A program made the translations under genes and the position numbers. From assembly GCF_002571385.2 (NCBI RefSeq), contig NW_019218027.1, forward strand, positions 345,820 to 409,819: a DNA stretch of 64,000 nucleotides. Reading direction: 5' to 3'. Origin of the DNA: Stylophora pistillata. Its lineage: Eukaryota. This document shows positions 24,901 through 37,370 of the stretch, piece by piece. The notes under the pieces were generated by a model, which did not search any database, had not been told where the DNA came from, and saw only the letters and a program-made list of their open reading frames with translations. Each line of letters begins with the position of its first letter. The first letter of the stretch is position 1.

Positions 24901-27900
24901 TACCAGTCCCAATTGCAGGGATGGAAATAGTTGAGAGACTCCTCTTTTGAGCTTCTTCGAGACATTTCTTTATGATATCTCGCAGTACCTGTATACAAGG
25001 TGTTCAGGCGTCATTATGAAAGCAGATAATCATAACGATGGTGACTAGGTTAAATTTCCAATTCTTTTCCTCTTGAACTAGCACATTAAAACAGAAACGA
25101 TTTGAAGGTGTTTCGCAATACAATTGCTGCTTTTGTTCCTTTCAGGTAATTTAATAATAAGTTCTTATATAGCGCATTAAAATTGAACTCTATGCGCTTA
25201 AGGTAGGGCATATTTCAACCATATCTATTTCAGCCTACTTTAAAACAATGGGACCGTACTCTGTGTTGGAATTTGTTCGCATGGATGGGCCTCCTTTGTT
25301 AATGCAGGAGGGTAAGTAAGAAGAAATAAGCAAATCTATAAAATTTGCCATTGCAAGAAAAAAAGTTGATAGTTGTTCTTACCTTTTCGCCCGCTCCGTT
25401 CTCCCATCCAGCGCATGAAGTGTGGAAAACGTGCTTACACGCTAGATTTGCTCCGCTTGTTACCACAATCTCTCCGGTATCTACTTTACCAATCGTGTTA
25501 CACTCTTGTTGTAGCCTGGGGCCTGCAGCGGCACTCAGGGCCATAGCACTTGCGTTTGCACTAAGATTGAGGTCCGATGACGTGGAGTTAACGATAACAT
25601 CAACCTGAAGAAAGCCAGCAAGAGATGTTTTTGTCATGTTTTACAATTAGGCACTTGATGAGAACCCAATGTAAAGATCTGTTTAGACAGCTGCTTCCAG
25701 GCTCGGTGACTACCATCACTATTCACCTCCACATCGGTGAACAATTGTTCAAGAAATCTCATTGGAATCAGTCTAATTTTGAAGAACATTATGCGACTTA
25801 CCTTTTCACAATACATGTCACCAATGACAAGAACCAATTCTAAGCCTTCTGGTGTCTTGATAACATTTGGAGCGGTATTGGAAGAAACTATTGCCGGGGA
25901 CATATCTGGGATTGATGTGGCTCTGCCTTTTTCTTTTGTATCTTTTTCCTTCCTTTTTGGGTCTAAGGACGATTGATAATTGGGATCGTTAAGAAATCTG
26001 GAATCCATCTCTTTTGCAAAAGCCTTTACCACACTTTCATCGGTACTGGTAAACTGGACCTCGGATAGGAAACAACTCGGGTTTTCTCGGAAAAAAGCCA
26101 GCACAGATTCTACCATAAAGTGGGCGCACAGTTCGCGTGGAAATTCAAAGACGCCTGTGCCGATGGCAGGAATGGCTACCGAGTTATAGCTCTTTGCAAC
26201 ATCCAGGGCATTTTTTAATGCATAGCTTAACTTCTTCTCCTGTATTGGAATTTTCCCCATTGATTTTTCCTGTGCTGCCTTTTTCTCCCATTGTGGCCCC
26301 ACAGCATGAATTACTTTTTGAAAGGGTAATTTTCCGGCAGACGTTACAGCCACTTGGCCATCCAAAAGTGGTCCGGCGTCAACGATAAAGCGATCACACT
26401 CTGCCCTGAACGCCTCTCCCGCCCTCTCATAAATTGCTTTTGAGACACCACCCACGTGCTGAAGCTTTGAATTAGCAGCATTCACAATCACATTGACGTT
26501 GCGATTGCATATGTTGTCTTTGAAAACCAGAATTCTTTTTCCATCCGGAGTAAGAAGGTCGCACAAACTCTCCTTCTTCTTTTCTGCTTTCTTTACTTCT
26601 TTAACTTCCTTTGCACCCGCTTTGCGTAGTTTACAGTATTCAATTACACATTCATTTTCATTCTCCAACATGGCTAGTAATTTTTGGCCTTTGCCTCGAT
26701 CAAGCACTTTACGCATCCCAGGCTTGCTGACAAGCATCTTTTGACTTTGAACTTTAGATGCCAGATCTTGAATCAGCTCCGTAGCTTTGTCAACTCCACA
26801 GGTCGTACCTGAAACAATCAAATCCTTTTCATCTTCATCAACCAAACTCTTTATTCGCGTGGAATACTCTTTTAGTTCCTCTTGTATTTGTCGAAGTTCC
26901 TGTTCGCGGTATTTTACAAGAAATCGGCGACAGCCTTTTGGAAGTGTCACAACGCTGCTTATAATGGTATTTTCTTCAAGGAAACGATTGACAGCCTTAA
27001 CAACATCCGAAACATCCTCTTTTACGCCCAAGAGACATATCTTCTTATTGCTTTCATCAAATGACAGTGTTATAATGCGTTTTTCTCTCATCTCTTCTCT
27101 TAACAGATGCCACTTTTCGCTTTTCTCTAGCTGAACTTGGTCTTCGTCCAGGTCGACGCATTCTTCAACTATCAAAGTTTTCACTAGATCGAGAGCTTTC
27201 TCTGTAATGTCACTTTCCGTCCCCAGGACAAATAGATTTCCCTCTTTCTCGTCAGAGGCTATTATGGCTTGTAAATTGTTGGCTGTGAACATATCTCTTA
27301 TGAATGCCTGACAGGGCGTGCTCCTCAGTAGGGCGAGATGATTCCGTGGCAGGTTCAGCTTCACGTCTTTCATTTTAGCAACTGCTTCCCAAATCGCTGC
27401 TGTAACCTTATGGATGGTTTCAGGAGGACCTCGAATTTGAACCACTCCCTTTTCAGGGAGAATGGTGACTTCAACTTCTTCGTGTTGACTTTCCAGTTCC
27501 TTGGCAAATTCGAGATGTTTCAAAAACTGCAGACGCGTATATGGAATAACGACTGTTCTTTCTATTTTTGATGCCTCTCTCTTCAGCCTTTTGTCAATCT
27601 CTTCTATCATTCCTTCTAATTCTTCAGTAACATCCTCGACGTCTTGCTTCTTCCCAATTAGAAGAAAGGCGTGCTGCTCAGGGATACAATCCACTCTTAG
27701 ATTTTCCTGTGCCGGACTTTTAGTTTTCTTGAAGTGGTCGACAACATGATTCCAAGCCTGCGGAGGTACACGCGTAGAACTTTTAACAAAGTCAGCAATA
27801 AAAGAAGCAATAGCCTCACATGCTTCATCAAAGCTGTGCTTGTCTCCTGAGGCCTTATCTTTGGGCGTGACCGTGACGCTGTGGGTGCTTTCATCCCAGG

Positions 27901-30736
27901 TCATCTGAACATCGTAGCTGTTCTGAACCTCTGTCAAATCAACTTTGCAGTGTTCCAAAATGAACTGCATTTTCATTCCGTCGACAGCGATATTTTGGAC
28001 CAGTTCAATATCAGCTTTGACTGGCTGAGGTTTCCCAAGCAACGAGTAATGAGGCCTGACATCCAACTCTGCACCACTAAGGAAGTGACTTTTCGCCACG
28101 ACGTTGAGAACAACTGAAATAGATGAATAAATATTTTCAGGCCATTAGAAAGAAAGAAAGAAAGTCTGCTTCTAAGTGTCTTAGTTCTTGACTGCTGACT
28201 ACTCCCTAAATCATAATTATTTGGACCTGTGTTTAAGATGTTTAAGATATCACATAACGAATTGATCCTCACAGAGTGGCTGCTGTTAAAGTCATGAAAG
28301 AGAGATGAAACGGTTGTGCTTACTCATCGTGGTAAAGTACAATAATGATAAAGGTATTATCGTTATTCTCACGATATAGTCACTTATGATGCGGATCGTG
28401 ACGTTCGACTGCATGCTGCTAGTCTTCATGCTGTGTGCACGCTCACAACGGACACCAACCGTTTTGGAATGAGGTTAAGTTTATTGATCGTCCTCGTCAC
28501 TGGTATACTCACAGGGTCAAAGAGGCTATTCAAAAAAGACTTCACCCTAACAACATTAACAAGGACAGTGGAATAGAACTTCCTGAAGCGTGGATGGCCA
28601 CGTTAAAAAATTACAACAACAGGAGAGCCGTACGACAGCGGACTGCTGAGACGAAAACTCATTAACATCGAGGATCGACACGCGCCAATCACAGCTGTGG
28701 AATACCAACCAATCAGAGCGGAGCATCCTGTTTTATAAGACCCGAAACCTGTCGCCTTTATCGCGTGACGGAGACTAGCAATATGCAGTCGAAACGTTGC
28801 CGTCCACATCAGAAGCGACCATACAGTGAGACAAACGATGATAACCTTAATANTATTGAAAGAGAGATAATTTGGAAAAAAACAAATTGGGCTTCCAGAT
28901 AGTAGTTGGGAAGTTTTACCGATTTTGTCACGAAGTTGCGTAGTGGAAGCGAGGTGCTCTCTCTACAGGAATCTTATCAAACACGGTATTTAAAAAATGG
29001 ATCTTATTTTAAATTCCGATTAAGATTAGAGGTAACACAATGATCTCCACAGCTCAACTGCAACTATAGTCTTTCCAGAGGGTGGTAATGGCTTTGATTG
29101 TATTTAATTAATGAGGGTTAGCTTGCTACTTGCTAGTTCTTATGGGTTATCCTAAGGGTTGGTAGACCCACAACAGATATCCTGTAGACAGCGTGAACTA
29201 ATCGTTATCTCTTGTGGGCTGGTGTTTGACTGAGACTGAATATTAGGCGTTTCTTAATACATCAGGCAGGGATAACTGGGACATTTTTTTTTTAAACCGA
29301 GTGACCTGAGAGTAACCTAGGTAAGTTATATTACACACCTTTTGGGTCTTCGAAGTAAACCAACGCCCATCCTTCTTTTAGATTGAGCTCCACGCTGCTT
29401 ACATCACCACCTTTGTTCTTTGGACTTTCGAAGTAGTAGCGCACGGTATCCTTAGTGGTTTTTTCTTTGTTGAAACCTGATACTTGCACACAGTGACAAA
29501 CTGGAAGTTGCTCTACCACCGGAGTTTTGCCTTCCAGTGGCTTCCTGGAGATTTTCTTTGTAACAGCTTCGTAATCTATATATTTTCGGAAGACAAATAT
29601 ATTTAAACATTAAGAGAAAAATGCTTTAAACTATTTCAAAACGAAACATTAAATTAGATTTGAAGCATCTTAGGAATACAGTAAGACTGTAGGAGGAGCA
29701 GTCAAGCTATTGTTTAGATAATTTAAAATTACATATCAGATTAGTAACACTTTGAACGTGTAATCGTATATCAGTGCAATATTCGTCGTTTTTGAAAACG
29801 GGATTTGAAGATTGAAGCTGGGCCCATTTCACGAGATCAGGCCCTAACAGCGAGCCTTAGAAATTCACTAGCTACATAGATTTACCACTCAATGAAAATT
29901 AGCAACAAAAAGAAACACTGTTAAAGATACACAAGGCTATGCAAACTCCACTTCTACTAAATTAGGATTCGTATTTCCTCGAATGAGCGTATATTAAAAA
30001 TTTCGGTTAAAAGGAGGGGCGCTTTTTAGAAGGAAGGCGCATAATCCAGGGGGGGAGGCTTATTGAGAAACTTTTAATAATAAATACTGATTCCGCTGTA
30101 GTTGAAGCTCAGATAAATTGACAATTGGAGGGAGAGGGTGCGGTTATGCTAGGGGGTATCTGTTTAATATTAATATGGCCTCAGGGATGGGCGCTTCTTT
30201 GGGGTAGGGCACTTATTGGAGCGTCGGCGCTTATCAAGGAAATACGAAAATTTATTCCTTCCTGTTGTCATACGGGTTTGTTTTGCTAGGAATGTCAACA
30301 TACCATAGTATTCATCGAAGGTAACTATTGCACATGCTTCACCTCCCAACTCAGCAGTCAGGACATCCACTCCACTTACTACTTCCATGTAAGATTGAAG
30401 AGCGTCTGAGGTAGTTTTATCGCTAAGGCCTTTAACAAAGAGTCGTCTTGTGTCCATAGGTAGTTTCCGTGGGGGTTGTTTGAGGGTAATCGTGAGATTC
30501 GCTCCATCGTAAGTAAGACTTCCCTTACTGATGACTCCAAGAGCACCTTCAGGTAAGAAAACAGAGTAAATGACTTTATTCAAACAGGCAAACACACGAA
30601 CAACTGTGAGAGCAAAAAGAAAACCAGGCAAAAATATAGCACGACAGTTTGGGATGATAACTTATGCAAATCGTTTGTAAGGTTTCATCCTTACATAGAC
30701 AAGCCGTAAGCCCGTTCGCTTTGATTGAGCTCAAAA

Positions 30737-30767
<31 letters not shown>

Positions 30768-33685
30768 GATTGACGAGGCTCATTCAATCTAAGTCTTAAA
30801 AATAATTTTTGTAAAATGGTGCTATTTCTTTTGGTTCTACTTCATGGAAGTCAAGAGAGGATCCCCTTCATCTTAACGGAAGTAGAATGAAGTGATGTCA
30901 CACAAGCAGTGGTACACGACACTAAGGTAAGACTGTAGATAGTTAGATGACATTTCCTCGAGACTTACTTTCGGCCGTAGTAAAGGTAATGACAGCCGTT
31001 GCTTGGTCTGAATCAAAATCAACAATTTCTATTTCTCCTCCTCCAGAACGCCGCTTGTTCTCGAAGAAATTCCAAATAGCGTCTTTGGTCGTTGTCGCAG
31101 CAAGTCCAGTCACCTCAATGGTACGTGACTGTTGACTTTTTTCCTCTTTGCATGGTTCAACTGCAGTGTTATGTCCTGTAACAGTCAGTGTGGCTCCATC
31201 AAGGGTATGCTTACCGTGTCCCAGGACCCTTTTCGCAGCTTAAAAAGTATCAAATGTTTATCATTACAAAAACAGAAAAGTTTTCAACAAGTTAAATTCA
31301 AACAATTAAATTCGCTCGTACTCACTTTCGACTGTGGCGAAGGTGATAAAAGCAATTCCTCGGTCAGGAGTGTAAGCGACACTTTCTATCTCTCCCCCCC
31401 CAGTACGCCGCTCGTTTTCAAAAAAGTTCAAAATTGCGTCTTCAGTTGTTTGCGCAGCAAGTCCAGTAACCTCTATTACTCGCGATTCTTGTATTTTTAC
31501 TTCGTCGAGCGAGTCAGTTGCTGTGTTGATGGGCGTGAGATCCAGTGTGGCTCCATCAAGGATGTGCTTACCATGTTCTAACACACGTTTCACGGCTAAA
31601 AATTGTAAGGAGAAATTATGTCTTGGTCACTCATGGGTTGAGGGGTTAAAAATGTAAAGTAACCGAAAAAGAATTTTGGTAAATGCCTCAAGATATTTTC
31701 CTTTATGATGGCCTCTATTGACGACAATAGGAGCCCTTATTAGAATTCAAAATAAAATTCAGCCTAAACCAAATTATTTACCATCATCATCTTTGAATGT
31801 CACGAAAGCTATATTTTCTTCAGGTCGGTAATCCACGACTTCTACCTCTCCACCCCCAGAACGCCTCTCATTTTCAAAGTAGTTGGAAATCGAGTCTTCT
31901 GTAGTCTTTGCAGCAAGGCCAGTTATCTTGATGGTTTTGCTTGTACTTTCAGCATCCTCAAGTAACTCGAGACTGACATCAAGTGTAGCACCGTTAAGGA
32001 TATGCTTGTCGTGCTTGACAACATGTTGTGCCACTAAAGAGGACACGAAACAAGGTAAGTGTATAGGAAATCATAGATTATAGATGTCAATCCAACAGCA
32101 GCAATGACAATTATTCTCTGTTTAAGAACGCAAACGATTGATAAGTGCTCAAATACCAAGAGTGAAAACCTGGTATTGTTTTTATGCCTTCGAGAGAGAA
32201 CAAAGCATATAATCTGTTACATAACTTGAAAGATATCTTATCATCTGACACATGGTCGGATGATTCTATCATGTCAGGTGACAAGGAGATGAAAACGTCG
32301 CCCAAAAATCTCACCGTATAATTTTTCCAGAACTATTACCTTGCTGGTCATATACGAGTTACAAAATGAGCCTCGAAAACAATGAAATGGCAGAAAAAAA
32401 ACAAACAAAACAATTCAAGCCTTAAAGAAAGGCAAGCTTCAACAGGATTCGAACCTGTGCCTGCCGCAGAAATGGTTGGACGACACGCCCAACTCAGCCA
32501 TGAACACACATTAAAAGTAAGGGAAATTTTAGTTGGCCATTAGTCACCGCTAAGGAGTTTGCCCAGAAATACGTATACACAATTCTTCTCTTGTATCTTA
32601 TCCTCAGGACGACAAGAGAAACGGACGAAATTTGTCTCTGTCCCAACATTAGGCTTGTAACTCGGTTGGTAGTGGCACGCCCAACCTGTCTGTGAGAGGA
32701 ACAAAGGCTGATAGTTTCGAANTCAGGGAAAATTCATAGAAACTGCAATGTTTACAAATACCGGAAGTCACGCATCATACTGACCCGTGATTGGCTTATT
32801 TACCGTTTAGTCGCAGGGACTGGTCGCACAAACAGTTCACACGAAGGGACAAACATTTGTTTCATGCGACAAGTCCCTGCGACTGGTCGCACGAATTCAA
32901 ACCAGTTTGAATTCGTGCGACCAGTCGCAGGGACCAAATTTTGGTCCCTGCGACCACAGAAATGTGTAGTTCACACGAAGGGACTAGTCGCATGAAACTG
33001 GTCGCTGGGACTAGTCGCAGGAACTAGTCCCCTCGTGTGTGCCGACCTTAACCACTTGAACGTTCCCTTTGCAATATTCATACACGATTCTTACGAAACT
33101 TCATAATGATCACTCATGTTTCATGTAAATTTGAAACGCACTTGGCCTTCATCCTTGTCATAATTAAGTAAGAGCGCTGGTGTTTAAGACATGAAAGAGC
33201 CAGTCATGCACAACCCTTAGTCGAGATATACCTATACTTTGCATCTTGAAAGGCCACATTATAGTCATGTCATGGACGTTACGTTGTCCCTGTACTCGCC
33301 GACATTTGTTTGTTATGATGCACCTTTGAGGTGCTCTTTGAAACCTCTGAGTTCGGCGACATCTGGAAACATTTGATAGGAAAAGCGGAAGTGTTGCAAT
33401 CGATCGAGCGGGCATGAAATCATGAAATTAGAACGTCTTTCATTTAATCGACAGAATACTAATAACAGTTGGGATTGAATGCATTAACCGAGAGAATAAA
33501 ATAAAGCGAATTTCCAACTCACCGTCGCTTTCTTCAAATGTTATGACCGCCTCGCCTTCCTTCAATTCCACCGAACTGATATCTCCGCCTCCAGATTGTT
33601 TACGTGATTGGAAATATATCAGTAATTCTTGTTTAGATATCACTCTACCGATGGCTCGAACGTGTAAAATGCGACCTTCGTCCAT
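21994..33685 (-). CDS. PARP14-like: PARP14-like mono-ADP-ribosyltransferase, gene 1 (6 RRM-like, KH-like region, 3 macrodomains, WWE, ART domain), ~2062 aa
   Basis: Exons 33685-33523, 32033-31782, 31595-31326, 31238-30969, 30546-30304, 29575-29339, 28113-25802, 25604-25383, 24988-23374, 23231-22911, 22277-21994 are all GT-AG and phase-consistent (6189 nt). Motifs: YF...SGGG.V RRMs, VNAAN...HVGGV...IHAVGP...PAIGTGVF macro1, LFHGT, YGNGVYFA, PTIFVVF, YPDYLITF (H-Y-I triad). Confidence 0.92.
22328..22543 (+). mobile_element. Short Penelope-associated element with 5' inversion, minimal hammerhead motif and 10-bp TSD, in the last intron of gene 1
   Basis: 54-bp perfect inverted repeat 22327-22380/22437-22490; GCT-CCGACGA-AGGGCTAACGCTC-GAAACGTC-AGC at ~22394-22427; TSD AATTCTTATG at 22318-22327 and 22544-22553. 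Confidence 0.75.
28435..28850 (+). mobile_element. Penelope-like element 3' fragment (GIY-YIG C-terminus plus decayed pLTR)
   Basis: HWYTHRVKEAIQKRLHPNNINKDSGIELPEAW, followed by a degenerate hammerhead-like GACTAGCAATATGCAGTC-GAAAC segment. Confidence 0.7.
29968..30248. mobile_element. MITE (Tc1/mariner-like TIRs)
   Basis: TTCGTATTTCCTCGAATGAGCG ... CGCTTATCAAGGAAATACGAA, with internal GGGCGCTT repeats. Confidence 0.55.
32808..33050. mobile_element. Partial MITE with internal GTCGCAGGGAC/ACTAGT subterminal repeats
   Basis: Multiple direct and inverted GTCGCAGGGAC and CACACGAAGGGAC units ending GTGTGCCGACCTTA. Confidence 0.55.
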
Positions 33686-33752
33686 GTCCACAATGGTATG
33701 TGTATCTACACTTCGAAAAGTTATAGAAAGAAGGATTTGTTTTGCATCGTGC

Positions 33753-34301
33753 GTAACCGAAACTTCTCGCCGGCGCGGATTCCAAGAATCCGCATGGATG
33801 CTAATTTCCGACGAAGCGTATCGATGATGTCATCGCCAGTCACGCAAGTAACCCTCTCAGTGGACTGATAGAGTAAAATAAAGTACGTTTGTCTCTTAAA
33901 TTAGGCTATTTGAATGAAGACATAACTGTAATTTCTTTATTACTTAAATATGATATAAAATAAATCAGTTAAATACTTCTCAGTTCCTCTGTAAGATTCT
34001 AGCAGAGAATTTGTCATAGGGATTCCCCGCTAACAACACTAATACTACCTGGTGTTCTTTTCAATTGTTGATGTTGACATCTCAACCTTGAGATTGTTTG
34101 GGTGACTAGAAATATTTCGTTCATTCGTACAATATGATTTCTATAGCAATACCTCGGACATGCAAAATCCGGTCTTTCACAAAGGTTTGACACAATCTTT
34201 CCACAATTTGAAAACCGAAAATAACCTTACCGATTTCCGCATCAGGCGAAATTGAAATTTTTCGACATTACCGATTCTTAGAAATCGTCGGGAAAATCCC
34301 C
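33753..34301. promoter_or_regulatory. Immune-type promoter of PARP14-like gene 1
   Basis: GTAACCGAAACT 33753-33764 (ISRE, 1 mismatch); ATCGATGATGTCATC 33820-33834 (ATF/CRE-like, shared with gene 2); GGGATTCCCC 34019-34028 and GGGAAAATCCCC 34290-34301 (NF-kB); TTCTTAGAA 34275-34283 (GAS). Confidence 0.55.
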
Positions 34302-34941
34302 GACAAGATATTTCGATGATTTCACTGCCTGCCACGCATGTTACTTTTAAGGGACTGGGCGTAAAGTAAGTTATTGTTAACTTTATGAAAGTACGACTAA
34401 GACAGATAAATAACGATGGTTTCCTTCGTACATAAACTGAATATCAACTAGACTAGTTAACGCAATTGGTATTACATTTAACCCTTAAGGGAAGCCTCAA
34501 CTAAATGCCGAGATTTAAGACAAATGATTCTTCCCTCTCCCCGTCGTTGTATGGATGTAGTCTTTATTCACTGAATACATAACAGCATAACGGCCAACAA
34601 ACGTGCAAGATTTAGAAAAGTTTATCCCTTAAGAGAAAACTAGTAATAATCTAAATGAAACTAAGAAGACATCTGTTGATAAAAGTTCGCTTAAAACGTT
34701 CCCTGCGAATACGAGGCTAAATGTAGTTATGGCCGCGAGAACGGAGCGACCTTCCCGGGCTCTGCATGGGAAGTAGGTCATGCAGGTAGTGAAGGTCATG
34801 GGGGGTCTTACCCAGGCCCTAGACGATTTGTTATTGCAGAAGTTTCAGGGAATTAGAACCGAGAACTCCTGGAAATCGTGTAGAGAACAACAAGTGAAAA
34901 CAGTCATAACTTCTTTTCCTTTCGTTAGGCACCAATCTGAC

Positions 34942-35113
34942 ATGGCAGCGAAGCCAGATTTCGTCAATGGGCAACGCGATTCACGGCCTCAAAATACAAG
35001 TGTCGCTAACAGAAGTGTCTTGGTTAAAAACTTTTCGCGCTCGACTAGCAAGGAGGCGATGTTCGCTTACTAAGCGAAGGTGCTGTAGTTGTTACACTTT
35101 GACAACGCGGAAG
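34942..35113 (+). pseudogene. Decayed RRM-like first exon of a head-to-head neighbour gene
   Basis: MAAK...RSVLVKNFSRSTSKEAMFAY* then EGAVVVT/FDNAE and donor G|GTTGGT, i.e. a PARP14/DTX3L-type RRM exon missing its central FQ...GGG segment. Confidence 0.45.
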
Positions 35114-37370
35114 GTTGGTTAGATTGATTAATTTTCAATCTCATTTCGGGTGGCTTCAAACCTTCATAGGTTTATGAAACTGCGATACTTTCACAGAGAT
35201 TAACCGTCGATCCATAGCGAAATGGTTCGGTTATATTAGCTATCCAAAACTCAAAGTCTCTTGCTCCAAAATACAGTTCCTTTACTCAGAGTTGGTATGA
35301 ATCATAGAGTTTGAAAGTTCTCGTCATTTTCAGGGGCAGTACACGCCATCGTCAGCGCTTTAAGCAGGAGCGACGACGGAACTGACGGAGATTAGCTGTC
35401 AATCCATAGCGAAATAGTTCGGTTAGCTATCAAAAACGTTTCTTTACTCATGGTATAATACGTAGAGTTTGAAAGTTCTCGTCATTTTCAAAGGGAGTAA
35501 GCACCATCATTAAAAGCAATACTTTTACCTATAGACACTGAACCAGAGGCGTAGATCTCGAAAATAATACTTTTTTAAAAGCCTTTTAGCGACTATGACA
35601 TTGACATACCAGAGCCTTTTAAGAGCTGGCAAATCCATTTTTTGCCTGTGATTCGGGGAACGATGGAGAATATGCTGACCTTTTCGGAGAAACATGGTGC
35701 AGTCAAAGTGAAGGAATGTTGAGTGAGAGTTCGTGTAAGAGTGTGCTTGAGAGCGATGATAGTAAAGTGAACTTTCTTCATCACTACCGAAGAGAAGGCA
35801 CAGCACTCGGAGTGGAACAACTGCTGCGAGCATGTTTTGCCAGCTGGAGCTTGGTCTTCAATGTACAGCTCACGCAGATCGAAACTATGGCTTTTAAACC
35901 GCCAGATATTCCTCAAAAAGATGAAAAGCAACTCATTGTGTGAAGATTCCACNNNNNNNNNNNNNNNNNNNNNNNNNNNNNNNNNNNNNNNNNNNNNNNN
36001 NNNNNNNNNNNNNNNNNNNNNNNNNNNNNNNNNNNNNNNNNNNNNNNNNNNNNNNNNNNNNNNNNNNNNNNNNNNNNNNNNNNNNNNNNNNNNNNNNNNN
36101 NNNNNNNAACAGTGTTTGTGAACTTTTCAAAGCTATTAGCTGCAGTTTAGGATCTGTGTTACAGCTGTCAAAGGCTTCTATCGCTCTGTTGATTTAGCCA
36201 CATCACCAGAATCGTGTGCTTTCGGATTGCTCCTTAAAAACTATCGCAGACGGAGAACGGTACTCGCATTAAACAACCCTACACTAAATACGTTTACAAC
36301 TATTGAACATCAATCGCTAAACTTTATAACAGGTAATGTGCAAAGAAACCTCCACCATTTTTCATTCTTAAACAAAGTAAGTCGGCATACCACGATCGGA
36401 GTAAATGAGAGCCATGTTTCCTCCCCTAAACGCTATTCATCAAAGCATAACTGCAAACTATAATATCATAAAAAAACAAACGTCGTCCTAACATACTCGA
36501 TACTGTCTTTTTTCACTCTTTCAAAAATATGGTTCATATAGCCAACATCTTTTTTACCAGAACAACGCGTACTAATAAAAAGGTTCTGATGGAAAGCTTT
36601 TGCAGAGGTTTACCTTTCTAGAAACTCCCCGCTTTCGCGTCGCGTTCTCTCGAAGTCATTGAGTAAATGGTTTGGACCCGGAGTAAAATTTGATTGTGCA
36701 TTCTGATCGCCTGGGTGAGGGTTGTCCTGAAAAGGAAGTTCCAACCTAACTGTCTCACAGGTTTTTCACCAATAGTTGTATTTTCATCACCTTATTAGTT
36801 TAAAAAATATTGACACATTAAAATTGAGCGGCAGCCAATTTAATATGAATTGATCGCCTATTGCCTAGGATTGATGGAATCTTTTAAAAATTGTGGCGTG
36901 TATATCTCAGATCGCCAATGCAATTATTACAGGGCCTGGAGTAATATTTCCTCTGGGCAATTCGATAACCAGGGCTTTACTTACCCCATGTAGTAACTGT
37001 AAGTTTTATGTAGATAGGCCTATAGATTATAGTGCCGTGATCAAATTGATCAGTTCTTACGAGCCTTACCAAAATATCTCCTAACGAAAATATGTCTTTC
37101 CATATCCAACTTGAAGAGTTTTAGATTCTCGAGATTTCTCGCCCATGAATTTGATTATATCGGAAATTAATAAAAATCGGTGAAGAGATCAGTTCAAAAC
37201 GAAATCGGATTTCTACACCCCATGGATATCCATGGACTTACGTTCAGCAACTTTCAGCTGAAGACAACTAAGACGCTTATCTACCTGGAGAGAAGATACA
37301 GCATAAAAGCACGCAAGGTATTTTGGTTGATTATGACTATTCAACTTAATTAACAAACAACATCTCCCCC

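Noticed and set aside
35210-35492. Local ~190-bp-period direct duplication
   Set aside because: Degenerate two-copy duplication with no structural or coding signal
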